From an uncultured Chloroflexia bacterium (GTDB taxonomy: Bacteria > Chloroflexota > Chloroflexia > Thermomicrobiales > UBA6265), in the NCBI GenBank assembly GCA_963724295.1, contig CAVRUC010000004.1:128001-192000 (forward strand): a stretch of DNA of 64,000 nt, given 5' to 3'. Numbering within the stretch: position 1 is the first letter of the stretch; each line of letters opens with the position of its first letter. Below, in pieces: positions 9,283 through 18,976 of this stretch. The notes under the pieces are model-generated. The model saw only the letters and a list, made by a program, of their open reading frames with translations, did no database searches and was not told the origin of the DNA. Position numbers and translations under genes: made by a program.

Positions 9283-9981
9283 TTACAGCCCGAGCTCGGC
9301 GGCAGCGCGTCGGGCCTCCTGCACGAATCCCCGGACCAGATCGGGGTCCTTGCGACGGCTGTTGCCGGCGGTGTTCGTCCAGGTGAACGAGTCGACCCCC
9401 GCTGGCCGCACATGCCGGATCGAGTCGGCGACATTGTCAGGGCTCAGGCCACCAGCCAGGATGACCGGAACGCTGGCGCCGACAGATTCCACGATGCGAG
9501 CGCTGACGTCCCAGTCGTGAACGCGACCGGCTGCGCCGATGCCCGTGATATCCGGATCGTCCGTGTCGAGGAGAAGATAGTCACTGACTGGGGCGAAACG
9601 CTCAGCGGCGGCAATCGCCTGGTCGGCCGTCTCCGGTCCGCCGACCTCGATCGCCTTCATCACCCGCGTGCCGCTGGGAAGGAGCGAGCGCAGCCGCCGC
9701 TGCTCGTCGACGTTCAGCGCCTCGGTCGCCGAACAGATGTGCACGATCGCCGGGTTCACCGCTTCGGCCATCGCCACGATGGCGTCCAGCTCCGTCCTGA
9801 CCGTCAGCGCCGCACCGAGAACGTTCTGCGGGAGGAAATCGAACAGCGCGCGGCACTCCTCATGACCCAGCTCCGAGCGCAACCCCTGGCCGGCAGGGGC
9901 CAGGCCGATATGGTCGACTCCCATTTCCACGAGCATGCGCACGTCTTCCGGGTGAGTCAGCGAATAGATCTGCACGATCAT
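9283..9981 (-). CDS. TrpF (phosphoribosylanthranilate isomerase)-like TIM barrel, non-canonical
   Basis: LLLDT, G..HDW, ILAGGLSPDNV, GVDS and KD motifs; N-terminal QIYS in place of KICG. Confidence 0.8.
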   Translation of the reverse strand: MIVQIYSLTHPEDVRMLVEMGVDHIGLAPAGQGLRSELGHEECRALFDFLPQNVLGAALTVRTELDAIVAMAEAVNPAIVHICSATEALNVDEQRRLRSLLPSGTRVMKAIEVGGPETADQAIAAAERFAPVSDYLLLDTDDPDITGIGAAGRVHDWDVSARIVESVGASVPVILAGGLSPDNVADSIRHVRPAGVDSFTWTNTAGNSRRKDPDLVRGFVQEARRAAAELGL

Positions 9982-9997
9982 GGTGGCTCCGGTCATG

Positions 9998-10034
9998 AGT
10001 CGGTCAGTCGGTAAGTCGGTTAGTCGGTTAGTAC
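9998..10034. repeat. Octamer tandem repeat (AGTCGGTN)x4
   Basis: agtcggtc agtcggta agtcggtt agtcggtt. Confidence 0.8.
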
Positions 10035-10078
10035 GAGAGTGTGCCAATTGCCGATAGCCATTAGCCCATAGAGCCGCA

Positions 10079-11032
10079 TCACCCTGCCAGTGCACGTGCC
10101 GCGGGATGGTCGGCGAGCAGCTCCAGTAGTTGGTTCCGTCCTGGGATGCGGGTGCCGGCGCCGCGCTGGGTTACGGCGAGAGCGCCCATGGCGTTGCCCA
10201 GCACGGCACAGTCGCGCGGTGTCCCTCCGCGCAACCACCCGGCGATAAATGCCGGGGCGAAGGAGTCCCCAGCGCCGACCGTATCGACGACGGGAACGGA
10301 GAAGCCGGGCACGTGCTGAACTTCCTCGGTCGTTGCCACCAGACAGCCCTCGGAACCAAGTTTCAGCACAACGACCGAGGGACCGAGTGCCAGGAGCGCC
10401 TGCACGAGCTCCACTCGGTCCTTGATAGGCGAGAGAAACCTGGCCTCGGACTCGGAGAGCAACAAGACGTCTATGGCGGCAAGCGCCCGTTCTCGTTGCT
10501 CGCGCGGGATGAACTCGGCACTTGGGCCAGGATCGAAAAAGATCGGCACGCCCGCCGTGCGAGCGGTCGCGAAGGCGGCGATCACGTCCTCAGGAGTCAG
10601 GAGATCGCGAAGGGTGTAGCCATCGGTGTACAGCGCGCGGGAGTGTTGGATGACCGCATGCCAATCCTCAGGGAACGGCCAGACTCCGAGGTCGTCTTTG
10701 ACGCCGAGATAGACATGCTGATTCAGCTGGTCGGCGAGCACGATACAGAGGACCGTAGACCGCTCCGGGTAGACGGTGACATGACGCAGGTCGACCCCCT
10801 CCGGTTCAAGCATGGCGAGAGTCTCCGCGCCATAGCGGTCAGCTCCGAGTTGTCCAAGCGCCGCGACGTCCAGGTTGAGACGTCGTGCCGCGACGAGGAC
10901 ATTGCCGGCCCCACCGGGCTCGAGAAAGATTCCCTCCGCCCAACCGTGATTGTTGGGTAGCAGCGGCAGGCGCTCCACCGGCACGATCAGATCGGCGACG
11001 AGGTCGCCGAGAACGACGAGGTCGTGACCCAC
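10079..11032 (-). CDS. PfkB family carbohydrate kinase
   Basis: PGGAGNV, FFDPGP, VVLKLGSEG, VVDTVGAGDSF. Confidence 0.92.
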   Translation of the reverse strand: MGHDLVVLGDLVADLIVPVERLPLLPNNHGWAEGIFLEPGGAGNVLVAARRLNLDVAALGQLGADRYGAETLAMLEPEGVDLRHVTVYPERSTVLCIVLADQLNQHVYLGVKDDLGVWPFPEDWHAVIQHSRALYTDGYTLRDLLTPEDVIAAFATARTAGVPIFFDPGPSAEFIPREQRERALAAIDVLLLSESEARFLSPIKDRVELVQALLALGPSVVVLKLGSEGCLVATTEEVQHVPGFSVPVVDTVGAGDSFAPAFIAGWLRGGTPRDCAVLGNAMGALAVTQRGAGTRIPGRNQLLELLADHPAARALAG

Positions 11033-11047
11033 TGAACGGTCCCTACC

Positions 11048-12397
11048 CTATCCCTCGAGCGGTCGCGATGTTCGCACCCCGCGCCGTCGACGGGAGATCA
11101 CCAGCGCACCGGCCACCAACGGGATGACAGGCAACACGAGCAAGCGCGTGAGGGGAGGGTTCCCGGGGACACGCACTTGCCGGATGCTGCCTGGCATGAC
11201 TTCCCCCCGTTCTGATGTCAGCCGGATCTGATACTGCTCTCCCGTTGCCTCGAGATCGATGGGGTATGCCTCGAAGTTCGGACGTGGAGACTCGGGGGAT
11301 TCGGGAGTTGCGGGAGCCGATGGGTCCATCGCGATGACTTCGTAACCAAGCTGAGAACCCGGCACTTGGCGCACGGTGTATGGGGTCAGCGAGCGTCGAT
11401 CCGCCACGTTGTCGCCGGCAAGGATTTCCAGCTGCTGGCTGCTGAGCCGTTCGCCATTGACCCACTCCCATTCGCCACTGTCTCCCGGCAAACTCTGCGG
11501 GTTCTGCAGCAGCGCCCAAGCTCGCCCCGGGTACTCGCGCGCGAGGTGTGGCTCCAGGTAGAGGGCACTATCCGCAGTGCCGAAAATGACGTCGCTGGGG
11601 GCAGGTGATTCGAGCGGTGTAGTCCACCTCGTCTCGGGGACGATGGTGTAGCCAACTCCGGTACGTCGCGGAGCGAAAACGTTCATCGTGCGCTCGCTCT
11701 CAGGCACGATAGTGCCATCAGAACCGCGCAGCCGAATGCCGTACTGGCCGGGGTCGAGATCGATCGGGAAGCCGCTGTTGAGACCGTTGCTGAAGACACC
11801 GATCGGTTCGGGAAGCACCGGCTCGGGAGGTACCTCGACCGTTTCGCCCGCCTGTTGCCGGCTGTTGACTTCCGCCATGGCGTCCAGCCAGGCCTGCTCC
11901 GCCCGCTGATATTCCGCCGACGCCTTTTGGAACGCTTCTTGCCGAGACCGGAACTCCGCCTCCGCATCGACGGCGGCCTCACCAAGAAAGAGCTCGCCGG
12001 TCGTGGTGGTCCCCTCTTGCTTGAAGTGGATGGTGTAGTCGGTCCGGGTGAGCTCGGCGACGACGCGCCCATCTTTGACGACTTCGAGCACACCCGGAAC
12101 CGGCTCGTTGAGCGCGCTCCAATCCGCCCGATACTCGTTCGTAATTGGCCAAAAATAGATCTCGGTGTATCGAGGCGAGATCACGCTCGTGCCGTCGGCG
12201 AGGAGGAAGATGGCATCGGCTGTTGGCGGCGCGAACGTCCCGACAAAGTTGTCCGGCACCGCCGCGTTGATCCCGTAGACAAACGCGCGCTCGCTATCGG
12301 TCGTCTGCGCCGTCGTCGAGGGGACCCAGCCCGGCTGGTGTCCGAGCAGCATCAGGAACCCGGCAAGAGCCACGGCGGCGAAGCACCTCACGTTCAC
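11048..12397 (-). CDS. Exported protein with C-terminal membrane anchor; ABC-2 accessory of unknown function
   Basis: GTG start overlaps the permease stop (GTGA); N-terminal signal-like segment; C-terminal hydrophobic helix followed by RRRR. Confidence 0.75.
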   Translation of the reverse strand: MNVRCFAAVALAGFLMLLGHQPGWVPSTTAQTTDSERAFVYGINAAVPDNFVGTFAPPTADAIFLLADGTSVISPRYTEIYFWPITNEYRADWSALNEPVPGVLEVVKDGRVVAELTRTDYTIHFKQEGTTTTGELFLGEAAVDAEAEFRSRQEAFQKASAEYQRAEQAWLDAMAEVNSRQQAGETVEVPPEPVLPEPIGVFSNGLNSGFPIDLDPGQYGIRLRGSDGTIVPESERTMNVFAPRRTGVGYTIVPETRWTTPLESPAPSDVIFGTADSALYLEPHLAREYPGRAWALLQNPQSLPGDSGEWEWVNGERLSSQQLEILAGDNVADRRSLTPYTVRQVPGSQLGYEVIAMDPSAPATPESPESPRPNFEAYPIDLEATGEQYQIRLTSERGEVMPGSIRQVRVPGNPPLTRLLVLPVIPLVAGALVISRRRRGVRTSRPLEG

Positions 12398-13338
12398 GGC
12401 AAGACCCCTCTCCGGGTGAGTGCCCGGACGGCCAGCGCGAGCCAGATCGCGGCACTCCCGATCCCACTCGCCACGTACAGCAACAGCTCGCGCCAGTTGC
12501 CACGGAACGCGGCATCGAGGCCCTGGCTCAAGAGCGCCAGAGGGGACACCCACTGCAGAGCTTCACGAATGACCCGCAGCAGCTCTCTCAGAAAAAGCAG
12601 CGCGTCGTAGTAGCGACTCGTCGGCGGCATCTGCACGAGAGCGCTGTAACCGACCTGAGCGGCCAGGACGAAGGCCAGTGCGGCGGCGAACACAAAGACC
12701 GCGCCGCGAGCCGAGGAGGCGATCGCCGAGATGAACAGGCCGATTCCTATGGCCGGCGCAACGAGCGCTGGCGAGACGAGCACACCCGCGAAAAGCGTGG
12801 CGGGGAGAGGAAGGTTCGTCAGAGCGGCGAGTACGGCAAAGAGTGGCATGGTGATCAGCATGAAGAGGATGTAGACGACGATCGCGCCTACCAGATGGGC
12901 ACCGACCAATCCGACGGGGTCGATTGGCGCGAAGAACAGCACGCGCAGCGCACCCTGGTCGCGTGGCCGAGCGATGGCCAGCGCTGCCCACGCCGCGAGG
13001 TAGACCGCGCCCATCGACGTGGCAACGAGCAGCGACACGTAGAATGGACGACTGACGATCTCCAACCCACTCTCAGCCACCGAGCGCAAGGTGTTGTAGA
13101 CGAGAACGACCCCAACCAGCACCACGACAGCGGCCGCGAGATAGAGCGACCACCCGTAGACCGCTTCTCGCACCTCTGCGCGCGATATTTGGTCGATGGT
13201 GCGCCAGCGGAGCCGCCAGGGTGAGGGTGATAGGGTGATGGGTGATGGGTGATAGGATGTTGGCGTGGCGGGCGACGCAGGCGTCGCCCCTACGAGTCGT
13301 CTGGCCGTCTCGCCGTCTCGCCGTCTTGCCGTCTTCAT
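12394..13338 (-). CDS. ABC-2 type transporter permease
   Basis: About 6 hydrophobic helices; RDQGALRVLFFAP motif; ATGA overlap with the ATPase stop; N-terminus is repeat-derived. Confidence 0.85.
   Translation of the reverse strand: MKTARRRDGETARRLVGATPASPATPTSYHPSPITLSPSPWRLRWRTIDQISRAEVREAVYGWSLYLAAAVVVLVGVVLVYNTLRSVAESGLEIVSRPFYVSLLVATSMGAVYLAAWAALAIARPRDQGALRVLFFAPIDPVGLVGAHLVGAIVVYILFMLITMPLFAVLAALTNLPLPATLFAGVLVSPALVAPAIGIGLFISAIASSARGAVFVFAAALAFVLAAQVGYSALVQMPPTSRYYDALLFLRELLRVIREALQWVSPLALLSQGLDAAFRGNWRELLLYVASGIGSAAIWLALAVRALTRRGVLP
13218..13336. repeat. Composite repeat: (GGGTGAT)n + GTAG-type REP palindrome (13270-13293) + (GCCGTCT)n
   Basis: GGGCGACGC-AG-GCGTCGCCC-CTAC palindrome flanked by two different heptamer arrays. 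Confidence 0.75.
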
Positions 13339-14282
13339 GCCGAGGTGCTTGCCAACCTGCTGACATTGTGATCCGTGAAGGTCACAAACGCTTCCTCCAG
13401 ACTCATCTCCTCGCTCTCCATCCTCAGAATGACACCCCCGGACTCGGTGATGAGCTGGGAGAGCCGCGGCCGAACATCCTGGCCGTCTTCGAGAAGCAGC
13501 TCGAGTTGCCGCCCGCTGTCGGTCACCTCGAGATCGAGCACGTAGGGTTCCTGGCCGAGGCGCTCGACGAGCGGTGCGTCGACACGCTCGAGCTCGACAA
13601 TCAAGCGGCGGCCCGAGCCCAGCCGGCGGCGTAGTCCCGCCAGACTGTCCTCGATCAAGAGAGATCCCTGGTGCATGATGCCGATGCGATCCGCGGAACG
13701 CTCGATCTCGGAGAGAATATGGCTGGAGATGAATGCCGTTCCCCCCTGATCGCGGTAGGCGTGAATCAACTCCCGTACCTGGCGTATGCCGTGCGGGTCG
13801 AGCCCACTCACCGGCTCGTCGAGGATCAACAGCCGCGGCGCATGAACGAGAGCTCGAATGAGGCTGAGCTTCTGGCGCATTCCGCGCGAGTAGTCGCGAG
13901 CGAGCGCGTCACGTGCGTCCCATAGCTCCAGCGCGTGGAACAATTCCTCCATGGAGCGCTCTGGCGCGTCGACCCCGCAGAGCCGGCCGAAATAGCGCAC
14001 CAGCTCCCACCCGGTCAACCGTGAGAATTCAACAGGCTCTTCCGCCACCACCCCGATCTGCTGCCTGAAGGCGAAGGACCCCCGCTCGAGCGGCTTCCCG
14101 AAGAGGCAGACACGCCCGCTGGTTGGCTGAACGAGATTGAGCAGCATGTGGATGGTGGTCGTCTTGCCGGCCCCATTTGGGCCGAGGAAACCGTAGATCT
14201 CCCCTGAGCGAACTTCGAGGTTCAAGGAGTCGACGGCAACCATGTCGCCGTAACACTTGGTCAGGTTTTCCGTCTCGATCAC
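13335..14282 (-). CDS. ABC-2 type transporter ATP-binding protein
   Basis: GPNGAGKT, YSRGMRQK, LLILDEP, SSH. Confidence 0.95.
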   Translation of the reverse strand: MIETENLTKCYGDMVAVDSLNLEVRSGEIYGFLGPNGAGKTTTIHMLLNLVQPTSGRVCLFGKPLERGSFAFRQQIGVVAEEPVEFSRLTGWELVRYFGRLCGVDAPERSMEELFHALELWDARDALARDYSRGMRQKLSLIRALVHAPRLLILDEPVSGLDPHGIRQVRELIHAYRDQGGTAFISSHILSEIERSADRIGIMHQGSLLIEDSLAGLRRRLGSGRRLIVELERVDAPLVERLGQEPYVLDLEVTDSGRQLELLLEDGQDVRPRLSQLITESGGVILRMESEEMSLEEAFVTFTDHNVSRLASTSA

Positions 14283-14347
14283 GGGTCTGAATGGTCCTCG
14301 CCGGCTTCGCTCGGGTGATGATGCCGATGGATGCTAGCATCTTCGCC

Positions 14348-14418
14348 GAGTCGAGTAGTCGAGAAGTCGAGGCGTCGAGCAGAAGACGGCAAGACGGCAA
14401 GACGGCTAGGACGAGAAG
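14348..14418. repeat. Short tandem repeats (GTCGAG-type octamers, AAGACGGC-type heptamers) in a divergent intergenic region
   Basis: gagtcgagtagtcgagaagtcgag..aagacggcaagacggcaagacggc. Confidence 0.75.
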
Positions 14419-14493
14419 AAGCGGAAAAGCCGATTGTCGATAAGCCATCACCCGACATCAGTCACCGAATAATGACGAGGAGGCAACTGCAGC

Positions 14494-15285
14494 GTGTTCG
14501 AGAATCTCGGCAAGAAGAAGGTCGTCCTCGGCATGGTCCACCTGGGCGCACTGCCCGGCACGCCGTTCGCCGCCGAGGGAAGCTACGCGGCCGTGAGGGA
14601 CAAGGCCCTGAGCGATGCTCGCGCGTTGAAAGCGGGCGGCGCGGACGGCTGCGTGGTGCAGAACGCGGGCGATCGGGTGTTCGCCACCGATCAGGCCGAC
14701 CCGATCATCGTGGCCGCCATGGCCGATATCGTGCGTGCCATCGCCGACGCGACCGGGCCTGACTTTCAGATCGGCGTGCAGATCTTGCGCAACGATCTCA
14801 AGGCGGCGCTGGCGATTGCCCAGGTCTGCGGCGGGTCGTTTTTGCGCTGTGGCGCGCTCGTCGGCACGACTGTCACCGCATCCGGCATCATGGAAGGCGA
14901 CCCCTACGACTTCCAGGCCTACCGCACCCGGATCGGTGCGACGCACGTCGAGTTGATCGCCGAGATCCATTCGATGCACTTCACCTGGCTGGGGGGCCGA
15001 CCGGTCGGCGAGATCGCTCGCAACGCGCGCTCCGCCGGCGCCGCTGCTGTCGGGCTCTGTGATCCCGACGAGGAGCTGACTCTGCGGCTCATCGAGGAGG
15101 TCAAGACCGCCGCACCCGGGCTGCCGGTCATCGTCGGTGGCTACACCGACCACGATAACGTGAGCCGGCTGCTTGCCAACGCCGACGGCGCGATCGTCGG
15201 TAGCTGCTTCGAGCGAGGTGGACGGGGCGGCGCGGTGCAAGTCGACGCGGTACGCGAGTACGTCGAGATCGTCTCCCGGCTCTAG
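14494..15285 (+). CDS. BtpA/SgcQ family TIM-barrel protein
   Basis: K.VLGMVHL.ALPGTP, GADG..VQN.GD, GVQILRND, ADGAIVGS. Confidence 0.88.
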   Translation: MFENLGKKKVVLGMVHLGALPGTPFAAEGSYAAVRDKALSDARALKAGGADGCVVQNAGDRVFATDQADPIIVAAMADIVRAIADATGPDFQIGVQILRNDLKAALAIAQVCGGSFLRCGALVGTTVTASGIMEGDPYDFQAYRTRIGATHVELIAEIHSMHFTWLGGRPVGEIARNARSAGAAAVGLCDPDEELTLRLIEEVKTAAPGLPVIVGGYTDHDNVSRLLANADGAIVGSCFERGGRGGAVQVDAVREYVEIVSRL

Positions 15286-15329
15286 AGCACACCCCGGACG
15301 TCGTGCCGGTCTCAGGAATGCCGCCATCG

Positions 15330-16253
15330 ATGGTCGACTGCGAGTACGTCATCTACGGCAAGATCATCATCGACGACATCGTGGTTGCCGGCAGCCGCGT
15401 GCGCAGCGTGCTCGGCGGAGGTGGTCCTCAAGCGGCCTTCGGGGCTCGAATCTGGAGCGATTCGGTAGGTTTCCTGTCGCGCTCCGGCAGCGATCTGGCC
15501 CCTACGCACATCGACACGCTGCGGGCGCTCGACGTCGACCTCACCGGCTGGCGCCAGTACCCGGAAATCCCGACCCCGCGAACGCTGATGCAGTACGACG
15601 AAGAGGAATACCTGACCGGTGGCCTCATCACCAGCCGAGACGATTGGGCGCGCCTCCTGGGCGAGACGCTGCCGCTGCCGCCTGCCTACCAGCACCCGCG
15701 GGCCATTCATCTGGTGACCGAATTTCCCCAGGAGCCGATGGTCGACACGGCCCTGGAACTGCGCCGGCAAGGAGCCATCGTCTCGCTGGAACCGCTCACC
15801 GTCACCTTCTCCAGTGTCGATTGGGACCGGATGGTGTCGCTGATGGGGAAGGTCGACCTCGTCACGCCCGATTGGCCAACGGCAAGCAGACAGGCCGGGC
15901 ATGACGACCCTACGCGAGTCATCCGCTATTGGTCCACGCTCGGCCCGGCGATGATTGCGGTTCGTCATGGCGCCCGCGGCTCCTATGTCTGGAGCCGGGA
16001 CTCCGACGAGGCCTGGCACATCCCGGCCGTGCCGACGGAGGTCGTCGATCCCACCGGGGCCGGCAACGCCTACGGCGGGGGACTCTGCGTTGGCTGGACG
16101 ACATCGGGAGACGCGCGTCAGGCCGGCTGCTACGGTGCGATCTCGGCCGCGATGCTCGTGCGTCAGGTGGGGCTGCCGCCCGTGTCGACTGAACTTCGGC
16201 ACGAAGCGGAACGTCTCATCGAACAGACCGTGGCGGCCACGCGCCGGCTCTAG
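15330..16253 (+). CDS. PfkB family kinase-like protein, GAGN variant
   Basis: IIIDDI, LGGGG, VVDPTGAGNAYGGG; start could be 15318. Confidence 0.85.
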   Translation: MVDCEYVIYGKIIIDDIVVAGSRVRSVLGGGGPQAAFGARIWSDSVGFLSRSGSDLAPTHIDTLRALDVDLTGWRQYPEIPTPRTLMQYDEEEYLTGGLITSRDDWARLLGETLPLPPAYQHPRAIHLVTEFPQEPMVDTALELRRQGAIVSLEPLTVTFSSVDWDRMVSLMGKVDLVTPDWPTASRQAGHDDPTRVIRYWSTLGPAMIAVRHGARGSYVWSRDSDEAWHIPAVPTEVVDPTGAGNAYGGGLCVGWTTSGDARQAGCYGAISAAMLVRQVGLPPVSTELRHEAERLIEQTVAATRRL

Positions 16254-16264
16254 GCCGCAACCAG

Positions 16265-16410
16265 TGTCATCCCGAGGCACGAGGGATATCGTCGTGGTCC
16301 TCGGTGCTGCGACTGTCGAGTCCGGTGTCTGAGGACCGTTCGTTGCCGATCGGCTATCAGCCGTTCGGGTGTGGGGTGCGGAGCCGAACTTCCCGAACTT
16401 CCCGAACTTC
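16265..16410. repeat. TGTCATCCCGAG..CGAGGGAT REP-like element and (CCGAACTTC)x3 between convergent genes
   Basis: Elements at 16265-16290 and 16384-16410. Confidence 0.6.
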
Positions 16411-16523
16411 TGAGGGTCAGGGAGGCCGGAAAGTTCACGGTGCTGCCGCTGGACGCCTTCCGGCCTCCGTCCTCGGAGCTCTATGACTGACGCGATGGAC
16501 TGTGCGCCAGTGGCCGCAGATCG

Positions 16524-17918
16524 CTATTCAGCCTCGTCCCAGCCGCACCACTCCGCCATGGCCAGGGCCAGGGTCAGCGTCGCCCGCATCAGATCACGCT
16601 CCGTGACGTGCTCGTCGGGCTGATGGGCGACGCTTGGCGCGCCCGGCCCGAAGTTGACGGTCGGGATGCCGGCGTTGACGAGCAGCCCCATGTCGGCGTG
16701 GCTCGACCATCCTTCGACATTGCTCTCCGCGCCGGCCTGCCGCGCCGCGGCGTGCACCGTCTGCGTCAACGGATGGTCGCCAGGGGTCTCCGCGCAATCG
16801 GCGTCGATCAGCCACTCGATCCGCGGCGGATGCTCCTGGAGCCAGTCATCGTGTGCCGCGACTTCCGCGAAGAAGCGCTCCAGCTCCGTCTTCACGTGCC
16901 CGCCCAGTCCCCGCTCGTCGCGTTCAGCCGGGAGGTACTGGGCATCGAAGGTGATCCGCATTCCGCTGGCGTAGGCGGTGGGATATTCGCCGGCGTCCAG
17001 CATCGAAACTTTCACCTGGCATGGGAGCGGCAGCAATGGATGCTGCTTGGACGGGCTGGCGGCCCAGCGCGCATTGAGCTGGTCAATGGCGTCGAGGACC
17101 ACGCGGCCGAGGGCAATGGCGTCGACAGCGCCGCCCTCTCGCCAGTGCGGCTGGGGCATCTCGATGTGCCCGGCGCGGCCGGGGATGGTGACTCTGCCCC
17201 AGACGATGCCGCGGCAGAGGGGGGCGACATGGAGATTGGTCGGCTCTGGGACGATCGCCCCGTCAGCCCGGTAGCCGCGGTCGACCAGCGCCAGGGTTCC
17301 CATGCCGCCCGCCTCCTCGTCGACGACCGAGGCGAGGGTTACGTCGCCGCGTAGCCGTATCCCAGCGGCGCGCAAGGCCTCCAGCGCGGCGACGGAGGCC
17401 GTCAGGCCGGCCTTCATGTCGGCCGTGCCCCGGCCGAAGATGGCGCCATCGTGCCGGTCCGCGCCGAATGGGTCGCCAGTCCAGCCCTCCCCCGCGCTCA
17501 CGACGTCGACGTGACCGAGCAGCAGGAGGGAGCGACCGCCGCCGCTCCCTGGCAGGGTGGCCGCGAGGTTGGGACGGCCGCGGAAATCGCGATCCGGGTA
17601 GTAGCCGGGTCCGCCCGCATACTGAGCCAGGTCTCCGGCAACTGGCTCCCATCGATCGAGTTGCCCGCCGAGGCGCGTCAGTCGATCGGCAAGGATGTCC
17701 TGGACATCGCCTTCCCGGGAAGGCTCGCGGGAGCCGGTGAAGTACGGGTTCACACTGGGGACTCGCACAAGCTCCTGCAGCAATGCGACCGTCTCTTCGT
17801 GGCGCCGGCTCACGGCCGTAGCGACGGGGTCGAGCAGTCGAGCAGTCGAGGAGTCGGGCCGACCGGACCCATCGCTTGCTGTCTCGCCGTCGCGCCGTCC
17901 TGCCGTCTTCCGTGCCAC
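16524..17918 (-). CDS. M20 family metallohydrolase (ArgE/DapE-like deacylase)
   Basis: LLGHVDVV, GRGTADMK, VDEEAGG, PEPT, AHQPDE; GTG start just after the PTE stop. Confidence 0.9.
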   Translation of the reverse strand: MARKTAGRRDGETASDGSGRPDSSTARLLDPVATAVSRRHEETVALLQELVRVPSVNPYFTGSREPSREGDVQDILADRLTRLGGQLDRWEPVAGDLAQYAGGPGYYPDRDFRGRPNLAATLPGSGGGRSLLLLGHVDVVSAGEGWTGDPFGADRHDGAIFGRGTADMKAGLTASVAALEALRAAGIRLRGDVTLASVVDEEAGGMGTLALVDRGYRADGAIVPEPTNLHVAPLCRGIVWGRVTIPGRAGHIEMPQPHWREGGAVDAIALGRVVLDAIDQLNARWAASPSKQHPLLPLPCQVKVSMLDAGEYPTAYASGMRITFDAQYLPAERDERGLGGHVKTELERFFAEVAAHDDWLQEHPPRIEWLIDADCAETPGDHPLTQTVHAAARQAGAESNVEGWSSHADMGLLVNAGIPTVNFGPGAPSVAHQPDEHVTERDLMRATLTLALAMAEWCGWDEAE

Positions 17919-17919
17919 C

Positions 17920-18948
17920 TCAATCTCCTCCGGCGAAGACCCGGCGCGGGTTGTCGACGAGTAATGTCTCGATTTCCTGCTCCGAGAAGCCGTGGCGGCG
18001 CAGCCGTGGCACGAAATTATCGAGAATATGGGCGTAGCCGGTTCCGCCATAGCGCACGAGCTGAATCTTGATAAAGACGTCTTGCGAGATGAGGACGCTT
18101 CCGAGCAGCCCGGCATCCCGCAGACGCAGGAGCGCCCGCGCATTCTCCTCATCGGAAGGAGACTGCGCCTGCTGATCGGCGTAGAAGTAGTCCATGCCGA
18201 TCATGTCGTATTCCAGCCACGCGCCACGCTCGGCGAGCCGCGCCTGGTAGTCGAAATCCTCCCCACTTGGGTTCATGTGGCAGAGCACCGTCCGCCGCAG
18301 ATCGCCGCCTTCCTCGGCCACGACGTCGAGGACGCGCTCGCCATGGCGCTCCCATCCCGGCAGATGGACTTCGAGCGGCACACTGGTGGCATGTTGCGCG
18401 CGGGCGGCGCCTCGCAGCACCTTCTCTTCATCGGCGGTGAAGTCTTTGGAGATCCCGATCTCGCCGATGATCCCGGCGCGGACGCCGTCGACACCATCGA
18501 CCACGTCCTGCGTGATCTCTTCCGCGACCGCCTCGAGGCTCATCTCCCGCACGTGAGGCGGATGCGCGGGATGGAGGTAATAGCCCGTGCCCATGATCAC
18601 GTGCAGACCCGTAGCGCGAGCGATCCGCTGCAACGCGCGCGGGTCACGGCCAATGCCGCGGCAGGTTGGATCGACGACGGTCTCGCCACCGGCGAGCCGA
18701 AATCGTCGCACCTCCTCGGTGGCGGTCGCCTCATCGAAAAGCTCGCAGTTGTCCCGGCACATGAATGGATCGTAGCGGAGCAGTCCCAGCACCTCGATCG
18801 ACACCGGCTGGTATGCCACCGGGCGCAAGGTCGCCGCCTCAGGTTCCCTGAACCAGGGTGTGGCGTCGAGCAGGAGGTGCTCGTGCATGAGCGTAACCCC
18901 GAGCTGCTCAGGCGCGATCGGACCGAGAACGGTGTTGACGCTTGTCAA
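17920..18948 (-). CDS. Phosphotriesterase-like amidohydrolase/lactonase (Php/YhfV family)
   Basis: NTVLGP, MHEHL, GIIGEIG, EVH, LCH, ISQD. Confidence 0.92.
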   Translation of the reverse strand: MTSVNTVLGPIAPEQLGVTLMHEHLLLDATPWFREPEAATLRPVAYQPVSIEVLGLLRYDPFMCRDNCELFDEATATEEVRRFRLAGGETVVDPTCRGIGRDPRALQRIARATGLHVIMGTGYYLHPAHPPHVREMSLEAVAEEITQDVVDGVDGVRAGIIGEIGISKDFTADEEKVLRGAARAQHATSVPLEVHLPGWERHGERVLDVVAEEGGDLRRTVLCHMNPSGEDFDYQARLAERGAWLEYDMIGMDYFYADQQAQSPSDEENARALLRLRDAGLLGSVLISQDVFIKIQLVRYGGTGYAHILDNFVPRLRRHGFSEQEIETLLVDNPRRVFAGGD

Positions 18949-18976
18949 AGTGGTTTTCCTTCCAAATCACGACACC

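Noticed and set aside
13218..14418. Tandem repeats as a possible CRISPR array
   Set aside because: Units are 7-9 bp with no unique spacers, and no cas genes are present
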